Assembly (NCBI GenBank): GCA_949372765.1
Contig: CASIAU010000001.1
Coordinates: 108,747 to 172,746, forward strand
DNA from: an uncultured Pseudomonadales bacterium
GTDB lineage: Bacteria; Pseudomonadota; Gammaproteobacteria; Pseudomonadales; Porticoccaceae
Length of the DNA: 64,000 nt
Direction of reading: 5' to 3'
Numbering within the stretch: position 1 is the first letter of the stretch; the number at the start of each line of letters is the position of its first letter. Positions 28,272 to 39,116 of this stretch are shown here, in pieces. The notes under the pieces are model-generated. The model was not told the DNA's origin. It did no database searches and worked only from the letters and a program-made list of their open reading frames with translations. The position numbers were made by a program, and so were the translations under genes.

Positions 28272-29114
28272 ATGAACGATGAATCCCCCACAAGTAAAAT
28301 CCCAGAAACCTCGTTACTGAAGAGATTTGTTCGGCTGTTTTCTCCAAGCCCAACCAATAGTGATGAAGTTGCTGACATGCTGCGAAGTGCTGAGAATGAA
28401 TCGATTATCGATGCTGATGCACTTCAAATAATGGAGGGAGCTCTCAAAGTATCTGATCTTCAGGCTCGGGAGATTATGATCCCCCGCTCACAAATGAAGT
28501 TTATCGAAGCCGATTTGTCATTAGAAGAAATTCTCAAAATTGTTATTCAATCGCAGCATTCTCGCTTCCCTGTGGTAGGTGAATCCTCAGACGATATTCA
28601 GGGTATCCTTTTAGCTAAGGAGCTGCTTCCCTTGGTCTTATCGGGCAAGGAATCATTTAACCTTAAAAGCATGCTACGCCCTGCCACCGTTATCCCTGAA
28701 AGTAAGCGCATCAATGTCCTACTCCAAGAGTTTCGCGAACAACGATACCACATGGCTATTGTCATCGATGAATACGGCGGGGTCTCTGGCCTACTCACCA
28801 TTGAAGACGTTTTAGAAGAAATCGTCGGTGAAATTGAAGATGAAACTGACGAGCACGGCCCAGAGCAAATACGTAAAATTGATGCAAACTATTACACTGT
28901 TGATGCCATTACTGAGATTGCTGACTTTAATGAATATTTCGACGTTGGACTTCCTGATGATGAATTTGATACGGTTGCAGGTCTTATTATTAACGCACTT
29001 GGCCGCCTTCCAGCGGTTACAGATAAGGTCGTCATTAACGATTTTCACTTTACTGTTGTCGCCGGCGACAGCCGAAAGATAACTCAACTGGAAGTCACTA
29101 GAATTGCTTCATGA
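28272..29114 (+). CDS. corC: CBS-pair / CorC_HlyC domain magnesium-cobalt efflux-associated protein
   Basis: Tandem CBS domains and a C-terminal transporter-associated domain; conserved ybeX position. Confidence 0.9.
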   Translation: MNDESPTSKIPETSLLKRFVRLFSPSPTNSDEVADMLRSAENESIIDADALQIMEGALKVSDLQAREIMIPRSQMKFIEADLSLEEILKIVIQSQHSRFPVVGESSDDIQGILLAKELLPLVLSGKESFNLKSMLRPATVIPESKRINVLLQEFREQRYHMAIVIDEYGGVSGLLTIEDVLEEIVGEIEDETDEHGPEQIRKIDANYYTVDAITEIADFNEYFDVGLPDDEFDTVAGLIINALGRLPAVTDKVVINDFHFTVVAGDSRKITQLEVTRIAS

Positions 29115-30631
29115 AGCGCCTCAGTAAAGTCCAAAGCTATGCCCTGCTTATCGCTGGAGGAGTAATCTTTCCCTTAGGACTCGCTCCTCTTAAGCTTTGG
29201 CCTGCTGTAATAGTGAGTATGGCGATTCTATTTCAATCATTGCGTCAGCCATCAATTAAACAAGCATTTTTCAATTCAATGGCTTATGGCTTCGGCTTAT
29301 TTATCGCCGGCGCAAGTTGGTTGTATGTCAGTATTCACGAGTATGGTTTTATCGCCGCCCCACTCGCAGTAATCGCCACGACTTTATTTTGTCTTTTCTT
29401 AGCCGCTATTTTCGCAGCTCCATTCACATTAGCCGCTTTCTTACCATCAACCCCAATCGCATTGATGCTTGGCTTACCGGCAATATGGGTGCTTAGCGAG
29501 TGGATCAGAACTTGGATTTTCACAGGGTTTCCCTGGCTTTATGCAGGCTATAGTCACACTGATACTTGGCTGAATGGCTGGGCGCCAATCGGAGGCGTAC
29601 TCTGGCTGAGTTTTATTACGGCACTGGCCGCTGTGCTTTGTCTTTGGTTAGTGCAAGGCATGGGAAAGCGCCGTTCAATACTGGGGCCTTGCGCAATGCT
29701 CGCGACGTTGACTGTCTCAGGTTATTTCTTACAACAAGTAGAATGGACCGAAGACTGGGGCGAGCCGATAACCGTAGCGATAATCCAACCTAATATCCCA
29801 CAAAATGAAAAATGGTCTGCTCAAAAGCAACGCGCGATACTAAATCAATTAGCAGCCCAAACTGAGTCTTACTGGGGCCATGACCTTGTCATCTGGCCAG
29901 AAGCCGCTGTCCCTACCATAGCCCAGAGAATCCCACAGTTCATGCAAAGTATGAAAAGTCGAAGTGTCGACAGTGACTCTATTTTGTTAACAGGTATTAT
30001 TACCTATCAGGCTGAACCAAGGCGCAACTACTCGTCAGTGCTGGCTATTGGCGCTGAACAGGGCCACTACCACAAGACTCGCCTCGTCCCTTTCGGTGAA
30101 TATGTTCCGCTGGAATCTTTACTACGAGGATTGATTGAATTTTTTGATTTACCTATGTCCTCATTGTCTGTCGGCCCACCTAGCCAAGTCCCTCTCTCGG
30201 TGAAAGAGCAACTGATAGCGACGGCAATTTGTTATGAAGTGGTCTACCCTGATCTTGTCGCCCGTAATAGTAAGGGAGCGACGGTAATTCTCACTGTGAG
30301 TAATGACACCTGGTTTGGCGAGTCACTGGGCCCTTTACAGCATATGCAAATGGTACGAATGAGAGCTTTAGAGAATTCAAAACCAATTATTCGTGGGACT
30401 AATAATGGCATTTCTGGCCTAGTGGATCATCAAGGTGATGTTTATCAGCGTATAAAGCAAAATAGCATCACTGAACTTAGCGGTATCGTTCAGCCGCGCG
30501 CAGGCCAAACGCCCTTTTCGATGACGGGGTCATGGCCAGCCGTTCTTTTATCATTGCTAATAGTGTGCTTTTTAGTAGTTAACCGAACCAAAACTAATAT
30601 CTTAGAGGAATCTAAAAATGAAATTAAGTAA
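29111..30631 (+). CDS. lnt: Apolipoprotein N-acyltransferase
   Basis: Polytopic N-terminus plus a CN-hydrolase domain (LVIWPEAA, ICYE, nitrilase-type Cys); 506 aa. Confidence 0.92.
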   Translation: MKRLSKVQSYALLIAGGVIFPLGLAPLKLWPAVIVSMAILFQSLRQPSIKQAFFNSMAYGFGLFIAGASWLYVSIHEYGFIAAPLAVIATTLFCLFLAAIFAAPFTLAAFLPSTPIALMLGLPAIWVLSEWIRTWIFTGFPWLYAGYSHTDTWLNGWAPIGGVLWLSFITALAAVLCLWLVQGMGKRRSILGPCAMLATLTVSGYFLQQVEWTEDWGEPITVAIIQPNIPQNEKWSAQKQRAILNQLAAQTESYWGHDLVIWPEAAVPTIAQRIPQFMQSMKSRSVDSDSILLTGIITYQAEPRRNYSSVLAIGAEQGHYHKTRLVPFGEYVPLESLLRGLIEFFDLPMSSLSVGPPSQVPLSVKEQLIATAICYEVVYPDLVARNSKGATVILTVSNDTWFGESLGPLQHMQMVRMRALENSKPIIRGTNNGISGLVDHQGDVYQRIKQNSITELSGIVQPRAGQTPFSMTGSWPAVLLSLLIVCFLVVNRTKTNILEESKNEIK

Positions 30632-31145
30632 CGTTTTTGCTCTGGCCAGCAGCCTGTTGATGTCAGCAACTGTCTTTGCACTTGAAGTGGGAGATCAGGC
30701 TCCGGACTTCGAACTCCAAGCTACTGATGGAAAAACCTACACACTGAGCCAATTCCATGACAAGGAAGCGGTAGTCATTGCTTGGTATCCCAAGGCATTC
30801 ACCAGTGGGTGCACCATAGAATGTAAGTCTCTTGCTCAAAATGGCCACCTGTTGAAAAATCTGCAGGTAGCCTACTTCATGGCAAGCGTTGACCCTCTAG
30901 AGACAAACAAAGAATTTGCTGAAGAAAATGATGCTGATTTCCCTCTATTAAGTGATCCCTCAAAAGAAGTCGCCAAAGCCTATGATGTGCTGGCTTTTTA
31001 TGGGATTCCCAACCGCCACACGATTTACATCGGTAAAAACGGTAAAGTTCTCTATGTCGATCGTAAAATTCAAGCCTCCACGTCGGCGGAGGACATAGCT
31101 CAAAAACTCAAGGAACTTGGTATACCCGCCCGTCAGTCGACCTAA
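30618..31145 (+). CDS. Secreted thiol peroxidase / redoxin (AhpC-TSA, Bcp-like)
   Basis: Signal peptide MKLSNVFALASSLLMSATVFA, then EVGDQAPDFEL and the peroxidatic motif YPKAFTSGCTIEC. Overlaps the lnt stop by 14 nt. Confidence 0.8.
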   Translation: MKLSNVFALASSLLMSATVFALEVGDQAPDFELQATDGKTYTLSQFHDKEAVVIAWYPKAFTSGCTIECKSLAQNGHLLKNLQVAYFMASVDPLETNKEFAEENDADFPLLSDPSKEVAKAYDVLAFYGIPNRHTIYIGKNGKVLYVDRKIQASTSAEDIAQKLKELGIPARQST

Positions 31146-31267
31146 TTTCAAGTTAAGTTACCCGAGAGAGTAGCTGTTAATGCTATTCCTCTCGGATGAC
31201 TGTTAGAGTGGCTAACATTCCCCTATAATTCACGCTGATGACCAACTCTTACAAGTAGTGAATTTCA

Positions 31268-33862
31268 ATGACCTTTGAAGCAATCTATAACCCCGCACAA
31301 ATAGAGCGGGAAGCTCAAGAATACTGGAACAACAATAAAACCTTTGAGGTCAGCGAAGACCCGAATAAAGAGAAATTTTATTGCCTAGCCATGTTCCCTT
31401 ATCCCAGCGGCAAACTGCATATGGGTCATGTGCGTAATTACACTATTACCGATGTAATCGCTCGCTATCAAAAGATGCAGGGCAAAAATGTTTTACAGCC
31501 TATGGGTTGGGATGCCTTTGGCTTACCTGCTGAAAACGCGGCTATTCAGAATCATACTGCACCGGCAAAGTGGACCCATGAAAACATTGCCTACATGAAG
31601 GCTCAGCTGAAAAGCCTGGGTTTTGGGATCGACTGGTCTCGAGAGCTAGCGACCTGCGAACCCGATTATTATAAATGGGAACAGTGGTTCTTCACTAAAT
31701 TATACGAAAAAGGCTTGGTCTACAAAAAAACCAGTGCCGTTAACTGGTGCCCGAATGATGCAACGGTACTAGCGAATGAGCAGGTCATTGATGGTTGCTG
31801 CTGGCGCTGTGATACGGCTGTGGAGCGAAAGGAAATTCCGCAGTGGTTTATTCGTATCACTGATTATGCTGAGCAATTACTCGATGATTTAGATGAACTA
31901 GAGCACTGGCCTGAGCAGGTCAAAACAATGCAGCGCAACTGGATAGGTAAAAGCCGTGGCGTGAATGTAGTCTTTGATCTATCTGAATCCGCCGGTGAGC
32001 ATAACCATTTTGAGGTTTATACTACCCGTCCTGACACGCTAATGGGCGTCACTTATTTAACCTTAGCTACTCAGCATCCGATTGCCCTTGAGGTGGCTCA
32101 AAATAATTCGGTGTTAGCTAGTTTTATTGAGAAGTGCCGCCTACAGCAAGTGTCAGAAGCTGAAATGGCGACTATGGACAAGGTAGGTATGGACACGGGC
32201 ATTACTGCCATTCATCCGCTGACCGGTGATTCGGTTTCTGTGTGGGTGGGTAATTATGTGTTGATGGACTATGGTTCAGGTGCGGTTATGGCTGTACCAG
32301 GGCATGATCAGAGAGACTATGAGTTCGCTAAAAACTACGACTTACCTATCACTCAGGTTATTCTGGTTGATAATGAAGAATGCTCCATTGAACACAAGGC
32401 CATCACCGATAAAGGTATCTTAATTAATTCTGGGAAATACGACGGTCTAGACTTTGACGCTGCTTTTGACGCCATTTCCGCAGATCTTATAGACGTTGAT
32501 CATGGCTCAGTAACAACCAATTATCGTTTGCGAGATTGGGGCGTAAGCCGTCAACGTTACTGGGGAACACCAATCCCTATGTACAACCTTGCAGAAGGTG
32601 GCGAAATTGCCGTGCCACTAGACCGCTTGCCGGTAATACTGCCAGTTGACGTGGAAATGGACGGCATTCAGTCACCTATCAAGGCCGATAAACATTGGCG
32701 CATGACCGAATTTAGCGGTCAAGTGGTCGAACATGAAACAGATACCTTTGACACCTTTATGGAGTCCTCTTGGTATCACGCAAGATTTACCTGCTCTGAT
32801 CTGAATAGCGCCATGCTTGATCCAGAACGAGCCGATTATTGGCTTCCTGTGGACCAATATGTCGGTGGTATTGAGCATGCAATTTTGCATCTCTTGTATG
32901 CGCGCTTTTACCACAAACTGCTACGCGACGAGGGTTTGGTTAACAGCAACGAACCCTTTAAGAGCCTACTCTGCCAAGGTATGGTTTTGGCTGAGTCGTT
33001 TTATAAAGAGACTGATGGCCGCAAGACCTGGCTAGCGCCCAGCGAAGTCACTGTAGAGCGCGACGAAAAGGGTCGCACGATTAGAGCGACGGAAACGACA
33101 AGCGGGGATACCGTGAATAGCGGCGGTATTACAAAAATGTCGAAGTCAAAAAACAATGGTGTCGATCCACAAACAGCGATTGATAAACAAGGTGCTGATA
33201 CGGTTCGTTTATTTACCATGTTCGCCGCCCCCCCAGAACAAACGTTGGAATGGAGTGATGAAGGTGTTTCTGGCGCCCATCGTTTCTTGCGAAAACTTTG
33301 GAAAATGGTTCATGAGCATCTTGAAGCTAATGTGAACGCACCTCTTGATATCACAAGCCTGAGTCAACAGCAGAGGGATCTTCGCCGAAAAACCCATGAG
33401 ACCATCAATAAAGTGAATGATGACTTTGGGCGTCGCAATACCTTTAACACAGCTATTGCTGCAGTCATGGAATTATTAAATGAAGTGGCGAAACATAGCA
33501 GTACTGAGAGTCAATCAGTTGCGGTGCGTCATGAAGCCCTAACCAGTGCTATTTTGTTATTATCGCCAATAGCTCCGCATATTTGTCATGCTCTTTGGCA
33601 GGCTTTAGGTTACTCAGAATCGGTAGCCGAGGCGAGCTGGCCCTCGGTTGATGAGCAAGCATTGGTGCGCAGTACTATTACCTTAGTATTGCAAGTCAAT
33701 GGCAAAGTTCGAGGAAAAATAGAGGTTGCGGCGGATATTTCAAAGCAGGATATTGAAAAAATTGCGCTGGCTGATGAGAATGTGAAACGATTCATCGTAG
33801 GCAACACCATCCGAAAAATCATTGTCGTACCGGGTCGATTAATTAACATAGTGGCAAACTGA
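31268..33862 (+). CDS. leuS: Leucine--tRNA ligase
   Basis: HMGH (HIGH) motif, KMSKS motif, 864 aa. Confidence 0.98.
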   Translation: MTFEAIYNPAQIEREAQEYWNNNKTFEVSEDPNKEKFYCLAMFPYPSGKLHMGHVRNYTITDVIARYQKMQGKNVLQPMGWDAFGLPAENAAIQNHTAPAKWTHENIAYMKAQLKSLGFGIDWSRELATCEPDYYKWEQWFFTKLYEKGLVYKKTSAVNWCPNDATVLANEQVIDGCCWRCDTAVERKEIPQWFIRITDYAEQLLDDLDELEHWPEQVKTMQRNWIGKSRGVNVVFDLSESAGEHNHFEVYTTRPDTLMGVTYLTLATQHPIALEVAQNNSVLASFIEKCRLQQVSEAEMATMDKVGMDTGITAIHPLTGDSVSVWVGNYVLMDYGSGAVMAVPGHDQRDYEFAKNYDLPITQVILVDNEECSIEHKAITDKGILINSGKYDGLDFDAAFDAISADLIDVDHGSVTTNYRLRDWGVSRQRYWGTPIPMYNLAEGGEIAVPLDRLPVILPVDVEMDGIQSPIKADKHWRMTEFSGQVVEHETDTFDTFMESSWYHARFTCSDLNSAMLDPERADYWLPVDQYVGGIEHAILHLLYARFYHKLLRDEGLVNSNEPFKSLLCQGMVLAESFYKETDGRKTWLAPSEVTVERDEKGRTIRATETTSGDTVNSGGITKMSKSKNNGVDPQTAIDKQGADTVRLFTMFAAPPEQTLEWSDEGVSGAHRFLRKLWKMVHEHLEANVNAPLDITSLSQQQRDLRRKTHETINKVNDDFGRRNTFNTAIAAVMELLNEVAKHSSTESQSVAVRHEALTSAILLLSPIAPHICHALWQALGYSESVAEASWPSVDEQALVRSTITLVLQVNGKVRGKIEVAADISKQDIEKIALADENVKRFIVGNTIRKIIVVPGRLINIVAN

Positions 33863-33869
33863 GAGGGAA

Positions 33870-34373
33870 GTGATGAAATATAGAGGATTGCTGTTGATTA
33901 TTACTCTAATCATCTCTGGCTGTGGATGGCAGCTCCGCGACAGCCAAATAGCCGCCTCATCCATAGGGGCTGTTTATCTTTCATCAAGTGACACTAATAG
34001 CGTGCTAACAAAAGAACTGCGGCGAGCACTTAGTACCTATGGCGTGCACAGTGGGGTCACTAAAGCAGAATCCAAGTATGTCGTTGTGATTGTTGATTTC
34101 AGACAAAACACGCGCATAGCTAGCATAAACTCCAGTGGTCGCGTGGCTGAATACCAGCTTAATGAAGATGTAGACTTTTATATTACTGACCCCGAAGATA
34201 ATCAGGTTCTATCTTTATCAACAGCATCGGTAGAAAGGGTATATGAATTTAGGGAAGAGGATATTTTAGCTTCATCAAACGAAGAACAACGCATTCTTAC
34301 AGAAATGCGCAGTGAAATTGTACGGCAAATTTTGAACAGACTTAGGGCTCTACCTATGCCCATCGATGCTTAG
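33870..34373 (+). CDS. lptE: LPS-assembly lipoprotein LptE
   Basis: Lipobox LIISGCGWQLR; 167 aa; conserved leuS-lptE-holA order. Confidence 0.88.
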   Translation: MMKYRGLLLIITLIISGCGWQLRDSQIAASSIGAVYLSSSDTNSVLTKELRRALSTYGVHSGVTKAESKYVVVIVDFRQNTRIASINSSGRVAEYQLNEDVDFYITDPEDNQVLSLSTASVERVYEFREEDILASSNEEQRILTEMRSEIVRQILNRLRALPMPIDA

Positions 34374-34393
34374 CTAGAACCTTTAGGTATGAT

Positions 34394-35440
34394 ATGAAAA
34401 TAAGACCTGAACAGCTTCAAAGCCACCTATCAAAACAACTGTTGCCGGTATATGTTATCAGTGGCGATGAGCCCTTACTCGCTCAAGAGTCGGCTGATGC
34501 AGTTAGACTGGCAGCACGGAACCAAGGCTTCGGTGGTCGAGAAGTATTTCATGGTGAGGGTAAATTTGACTGGGGGCAATTGCACAATGAAGCTAACGCT
34601 CTGTCTTTGTTTGCCGAAAAGAAAATAATTGAAGTTAGGATTTCAAACGGCAAACCTGGCGACAAAGGCAGTAAAGCAATTTGCGAACTCTGCGCCAACC
34701 CTAGCTCAGATAATTTACTACTGTTCCTATTGCCAAAACTCGAGCGCTCTGCACAGAATAGTAAGTGGATGAAAGCATTAGAGTCAGCTGGTGCGCACAT
34801 TCAAGTCTGGCCAGTCACTGGCGACCAATTGCCACGCTGGATTAAGCAAAGACTGCTTGAATCTAATATAACCGCCAACCAACAAGCCATAGAAATATTG
34901 GCAGAGCGCGTGGAGGGCAATTTACTTGCTGCGGTTCAAGAGATTGAGAAATTAAAGCTGCTCGCCGTTGATGGTAAGGTTGATGCCATTATGATGTCCT
35001 CAGTTGTCGCCGACAGTGCTCGATACAACCTGTTTGAATTCGTTGATAAAGTCCTGGCTGGCGATGCGCAATCTGCGGCTCGATCACTTCGTGGATTGCA
35101 CAGTGAAGGGACTGACGCAATTCCTTTACTTTGGGCTATCACTCGCGAATTACGGATCTTAATCAAAGCAAGTGAGCAGATTTCCCGGGGTGAAAGTTGC
35201 GACTGGGCACTCAAAAATGCGGGCGTCTGGGAAAAACGGTTACCATTGTTTCGGACCGCGGTACAACGTTGCAACGCAGCGCATTTAAGAATGTTGCTCT
35301 ACCAAGCTGGCGCTATCGACCGTGGTATCAAAGGTATGCGTAAGGCAGACGTGTGGGATGAGTTGACCACTCTAGTGCTCTCTCTTGCAGGTAGCCAAAC
35401 GCTTAAGCCGGGTAACATTAAGCTACTTATAGCGCCCTGA
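34394..35440 (+). CDS. holA: DNA polymerase III subunit delta
   Basis: 348 aa with N-terminus LLPVYVISGDEPLL and conserved synteny. Confidence 0.9.
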   Translation: MKIRPEQLQSHLSKQLLPVYVISGDEPLLAQESADAVRLAARNQGFGGREVFHGEGKFDWGQLHNEANALSLFAEKKIIEVRISNGKPGDKGSKAICELCANPSSDNLLLFLLPKLERSAQNSKWMKALESAGAHIQVWPVTGDQLPRWIKQRLLESNITANQQAIEILAERVEGNLLAAVQEIEKLKLLAVDGKVDAIMMSSVVADSARYNLFEFVDKVLAGDAQSAARSLRGLHSEGTDAIPLLWAITRELRILIKASEQISRGESCDWALKNAGVWEKRLPLFRTAVQRCNAAHLRMLLYQAGAIDRGIKGMRKADVWDELTTLVLSLAGSQTLKPGNIKLLIAP

Positions 35441-35448
35441 ATTAATCA

Positions 35449-36840
35449 TCATCCCAACCAGTAATAAACTACGCTGGTAATAACCACAATACCGATTAAG
35501 TTTAAAATCAAACCCTCTCGAACCATCTGCTCCACAGTAATCTGACCCGTACCAAAAACGATGGCATTTGGACCCGTTGCTACCGGTAACATAAACGCAC
35601 AACTTGCTGATAAGGCCGCTGGTAACATCAGCAGTGCAGGCTCGAATCCGGCGCCCAGCGATGCAGCGGCAAGAATTGGCATCAACAGTGAAGTAGTAGC
35701 AGTATTACTGGTAATCTCGGTTAAAAACGTCACTGCCAACGCAACTACAGCGATAATAACGATAATAGATAATCGAGTTACGCTCGATAATGATTCACCG
35801 ATAGCCGAACTAATCCCAGTAATAGCGAACGCCTTGGCGATGGCGATACCCCCTGCAAATAGTAGTAATACTCCCCAATGAATATTGGCGGCTGTATCCC
35901 AATCCAGTAACTTTCCGCCCTTACCGTTAGGTACCAAAAACATTATGATCACAGCTGTCAGCGCAACCGCAGCATAATTAGCGGAAGGAACACCAAGCCA
36001 AGAGGTCCATCCACCAAAAGGCTCTCGTAAGGTAATCCACGCTAAAGCTGTTAAACCAAAAATAAGCAGTACTCTGAACTCTTCCTGACGCCACTCCCCA
36101 ACCTCAGGAATCTGTGCAGATTGATCACTCGTCAAATGCCGAGTTAGCCAGAACCCTGCAGCAGGTATCATCACTACGACCACGGGTAATGCCCAAATCA
36201 TCCACTGCATAAAACTAGGCATAGTACCGGTCGCCTCAGCATAAACCTTAAGGAAAATTACGTTGGGTGGCGAACCAATAGGAGTCCCCAGTCCACCAAT
36301 ACTGGCAGCATAAGCGATGCCTAAAAACAACGGCACCGCGAGTTTACGTCTCTCATCGGGATGCTGAATACTATCTAAGACGGCATAGGCGACGGGCACT
36401 AACATTAAGGTTGTCGCCGTGTTGGATACCCACATGCTGAGTACGGCAGAGGCAACCATAAATCCAAAGACTAGACTACGCAGACTGTCTCCACCAAAAA
36501 GATTGACCATAGCCAAAGCAATGCGTCTATGAGCGCCACTCTTTTCCATAGCTTTGGACAGCATAGCCCCCCCCATTAGCAGTATAATGAGCGGATCACC
36601 ATAGGCCTGGGCTACCTGTTTGCCGTCCAGAATACCAACTAAGGGCATGACTCCAAGAGGAATCATCGAGGTGGCCGGAATAGGTATGGGTTCGAATATC
36701 CACCACAATGCACACAATGTGGTAAGTCCAGCTGTCAACGAACCCTCTATAGCCCATCCATAAAGATGCATCACGGCAGAGATTATTGCTGCCACTAAGG
36801 GACCTATCCAGAGCATATGCCGTTTAAGCACTTTATTCAC
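35449..36840 (-). CDS. DASS/SLC13-family (ArsB/NhaD superfamily) anion permease
   Basis: 463 aa, highly hydrophobic with many predicted helices. N-terminal TLCALWWIFEPIPIPATSMIPL resembles DASS transporters. Substrate unknown. Confidence 0.68.
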   Translation of the reverse strand: MNKVLKRHMLWIGPLVAAIISAVMHLYGWAIEGSLTAGLTTLCALWWIFEPIPIPATSMIPLGVMPLVGILDGKQVAQAYGDPLIILLMGGAMLSKAMEKSGAHRRIALAMVNLFGGDSLRSLVFGFMVASAVLSMWVSNTATTLMLVPVAYAVLDSIQHPDERRKLAVPLFLGIAYAASIGGLGTPIGSPPNVIFLKVYAEATGTMPSFMQWMIWALPVVVVMIPAAGFWLTRHLTSDQSAQIPEVGEWRQEEFRVLLIFGLTALAWITLREPFGGWTSWLGVPSANYAAVALTAVIIMFLVPNGKGGKLLDWDTAANIHWGVLLLFAGGIAIAKAFAITGISSAIGESLSSVTRLSIIVIIAVVALAVTFLTEITSNTATTSLLMPILAAASLGAGFEPALLMLPAALSASCAFMLPVATGPNAIVFGTGQITVEQMVREGLILNLIGIVVITSVVYYWLG

Positions 36841-37183
36841 GAGTCTTCCTTAGCAGCACCTGAAAAAATATCACTGCAAAAATGCCTAAAACATTTGCCA
36901 GTAAGTCCTTTACTTCGCCCAATCTATAGTCGGTCAATGATTGAGCAATCTCTATTCCTAAACCAAAAAACGCCAAAGCTAAGGCTATTTTCCATAGTGC
37001 TAACCGATCTCCATACACCTTGATCGCTAAGAAACACAAAATCCCATAGGCCACAAAGTGATGAACCTTATCTTGCCCAGTGAAAACGCTCAACTGAGGC
37101 GCTGATAGGGGTATTAATGACAGTAGCAAAACCATTAATATCGCCACCCAGAAAATGAAGGCCTGTAATTTATTGAGCTGCAC
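36833..37183 (-). CDS. VanZ-like family membrane protein
   Basis: 116 aa with four helices and the VanZ pattern DKVHHFVAYGIL...GIEIAQ...R...DLLANVLG. Confidence 0.72.
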   Translation of the reverse strand: MQLNKLQAFIFWVAILMVLLLSLIPLSAPQLSVFTGQDKVHHFVAYGILCFLAIKVYGDRLALWKIALALAFFGLGIEIAQSLTDYRLGEVKDLLANVLGIFAVIFFQVLLRKTRE

Positions 37184-37859
37184 TGCTTGTCCCTTTGAGT
37201 TTTCGGTTTAAATTATCATATCGTTCAATTGTGCCTACATCGCACCAGTCGTCAGGAAAAATTTCTCCGCTGATTTGGCTGGCTAGAATTGCTGGTCGCA
37301 GGACATCTCTCAGTGGGAACGCTTTTGACATGGGCTTTAACGATTTAAATATTGCAGGAGAAAGTACGCTGATGCCACTATAGGTATAACGAGGTTGTCC
37401 ATAGCCTACAACATTATCAATTAACGAGAAGTCACCTCTCGGATTATGCTCAGGGTTCTTGATCAAAAATAGGTGAGCTGATTTAGCCGGGACTAGGGTG
37501 TTTTTAAGCTCGTTAGTAAAGGCTAAATCAGTCCAAATATCGGCGCTAATAAGCACAAACGGATCATTGCCAAGTAGCGGTAAGGCGTTAAAAATACCGC
37601 CACCGGTCTCTAAGGGTGTTTCCTCTCGAGACCAAATTATATTGATACCATACTGCTGGCCATTGCCAAAATAATCTTCTATTTGATGGGACAGCCAGGA
37701 AATATTTACCACAACGTCTTTAATGCCTGCAGCGGCCAGTTTCTCGAAATGCCACTGCAACAACGGCTTGCCGGCTACCGCCAACATTGGTTTGGGTACC
37801 TGATTGGTCAATGGACGCAATCGAGAGCCTAAACCAGCAGCTAAAATCATCGCTTTCAT
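37170..37859 (-). CDS. murU: N-acetylmuramate alpha-1-phosphate uridylyltransferase
   Basis: Nucleotidyltransferase loop MILAAGLGSRLRPLT; 229 aa. Shares 1 nt (TAATG) with the upstream amgK-like kinase gene. This pair sits next to lptD in Pseudomonas. Confidence 0.82.
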   Translation of the reverse strand: MKAMILAAGLGSRLRPLTNQVPKPMLAVAGKPLLQWHFEKLAAAGIKDVVVNISWLSHQIEDYFGNGQQYGINIIWSREETPLETGGGIFNALPLLGNDPFVLISADIWTDLAFTNELKNTLVPAKSAHLFLIKNPEHNPRGDFSLIDNVVGYGQPRYTYSGISVLSPAIFKSLKPMSKAFPLRDVLRPAILASQISGEIFPDDWCDVGTIERYDNLNRKLKGTSSAAQ

Positions 37860-38935
37860 TAAAGCGTATCCGGATCAGCTAGATCTGCTGAGAAAAATTC
37901 ATGACTGCCCTTATACCAACTTTGTGAACTCAAATGAGGCTTAACTTCAGCTTCAAACCAGTGTCCAAACGGTGCGGCTGCTGGGTATCTCGAAACCACA
38001 TCTAGCACATGCGCAATAGCCAAGGGGAGGTCATGCAAATATTCCGTCTTTCCATCACGCAGCGCCAATCGTGCAAAAACACCCATTACCTTGATGTGCC
38101 GTTGCAGTCCCATGAGGTCAAACCAGCGTAAAAATGTCTGCTCGTCCACCCCTACCATCAATTCACTATCCTCTAATTGCTGCCGATAATTCAAGGCTCT
38201 CCCCTCAACTAATTCGCGCGGCCAGAAAACATAGCAGTCTTTAAGAAGAGAGACTAAATCATAAGTGATCGGTCCAATGACTGCATCTTGAAAATCAATC
38301 ACCGCCAATTGTTGATCATCCATCAACATTAGGTTTCGAGAGTGATAATCACGATGCACAATGACCTGTGGCTGCGATATTGCATTGTTGCTTAAGTCAG
38401 TAGAGAGTGTATTAAGCATACTGTTAGTTTGCTCGTCTAATGGTATACCTAGCATCTTTTTGACAAACCAAGTAGCAAAAAGGTCAAATTCTTGAGTAAG
38501 CGCAGCTGTGTCATATGGTGGGAAAATTTCGGTATCCGGCGCTGACTTTTGAATTGACTGTAACATTAGCTCGGCTCGACCATAGAGGTTCTCAACGGTG
38601 TCAGCACTCAACAGAGGTAGCAATAACTGCTCGCCTAGATCTTCCAGCAACAAAAAACCTCGACTGAAATCAACTGCATAGAGATGGGGCCTTCTTATAC
38701 CTCTAGCATTTAATGCTAATGAAATTTCGACATAGGCCAGATTATTTTCTTTATTGGGCGGTGAATCTACGGCGATCATACTAGGTGTGGTGTTAAGTCG
38801 ATAGTAACGTCGAAAGCCGGCATCACCGGCAAGAGCCCGCAACTCTAAAGTTCCCTGAAGATCGTTTTTTTCAGGTAAATAGGTCAAGATCCATTCTGTT
38901 AACTGACGCTGCTTTTCTTTGTTCAAATGGTTCAT
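37859..38935 (-). CDS. amgK: Anomeric MurNAc/GlcNAc kinase (APH-fold)
   Basis: Phosphotransferase catalytic loop HRDYHSRNLM and metal-binding DFQD; 358 aa; divergent from lptD. Confidence 0.8.
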   Translation of the reverse strand: MNHLNKEKQRQLTEWILTYLPEKNDLQGTLELRALAGDAGFRRYYRLNTTPSMIAVDSPPNKENNLAYVEISLALNARGIRRPHLYAVDFSRGFLLLEDLGEQLLLPLLSADTVENLYGRAELMLQSIQKSAPDTEIFPPYDTAALTQEFDLFATWFVKKMLGIPLDEQTNSMLNTLSTDLSNNAISQPQVIVHRDYHSRNLMLMDDQQLAVIDFQDAVIGPITYDLVSLLKDCYVFWPRELVEGRALNYRQQLEDSELMVGVDEQTFLRWFDLMGLQRHIKVMGVFARLALRDGKTEYLHDLPLAIAHVLDVVSRYPAAAPFGHWFEAEVKPHLSSQSWYKGSHEFFSADLADPDTL

Positions 38936-39116
38936 ACCTATATCAAAATGATGGTTTATTAGTCAGGCGCCAACGTAATAATTGTTCTTTGCTAAAAAAA
39001 ATCACTTTTAACCTATTTAGATGAATTCTCAGTCCTACCGGTTAAATATATCAGGTAAGATAACGGGGAGTCACTTACACTGTTAATCGAAGGTCACTAT
39101 ATTAGTAAAGCACTCT

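Noticed and set aside
31162-31195. Hairpin CCGAGAG...CTCTCGG with an extended imperfect stem downstream of the peroxiredoxin gene. It is followed by a perfect TATAAT at 31224-31229 upstream of leuS.
   Set aside because: No T-run follows the stem, so it is not a convincing intrinsic terminator. The TATAAT lacks a good -35 partner. I noted both but did not call them as features.
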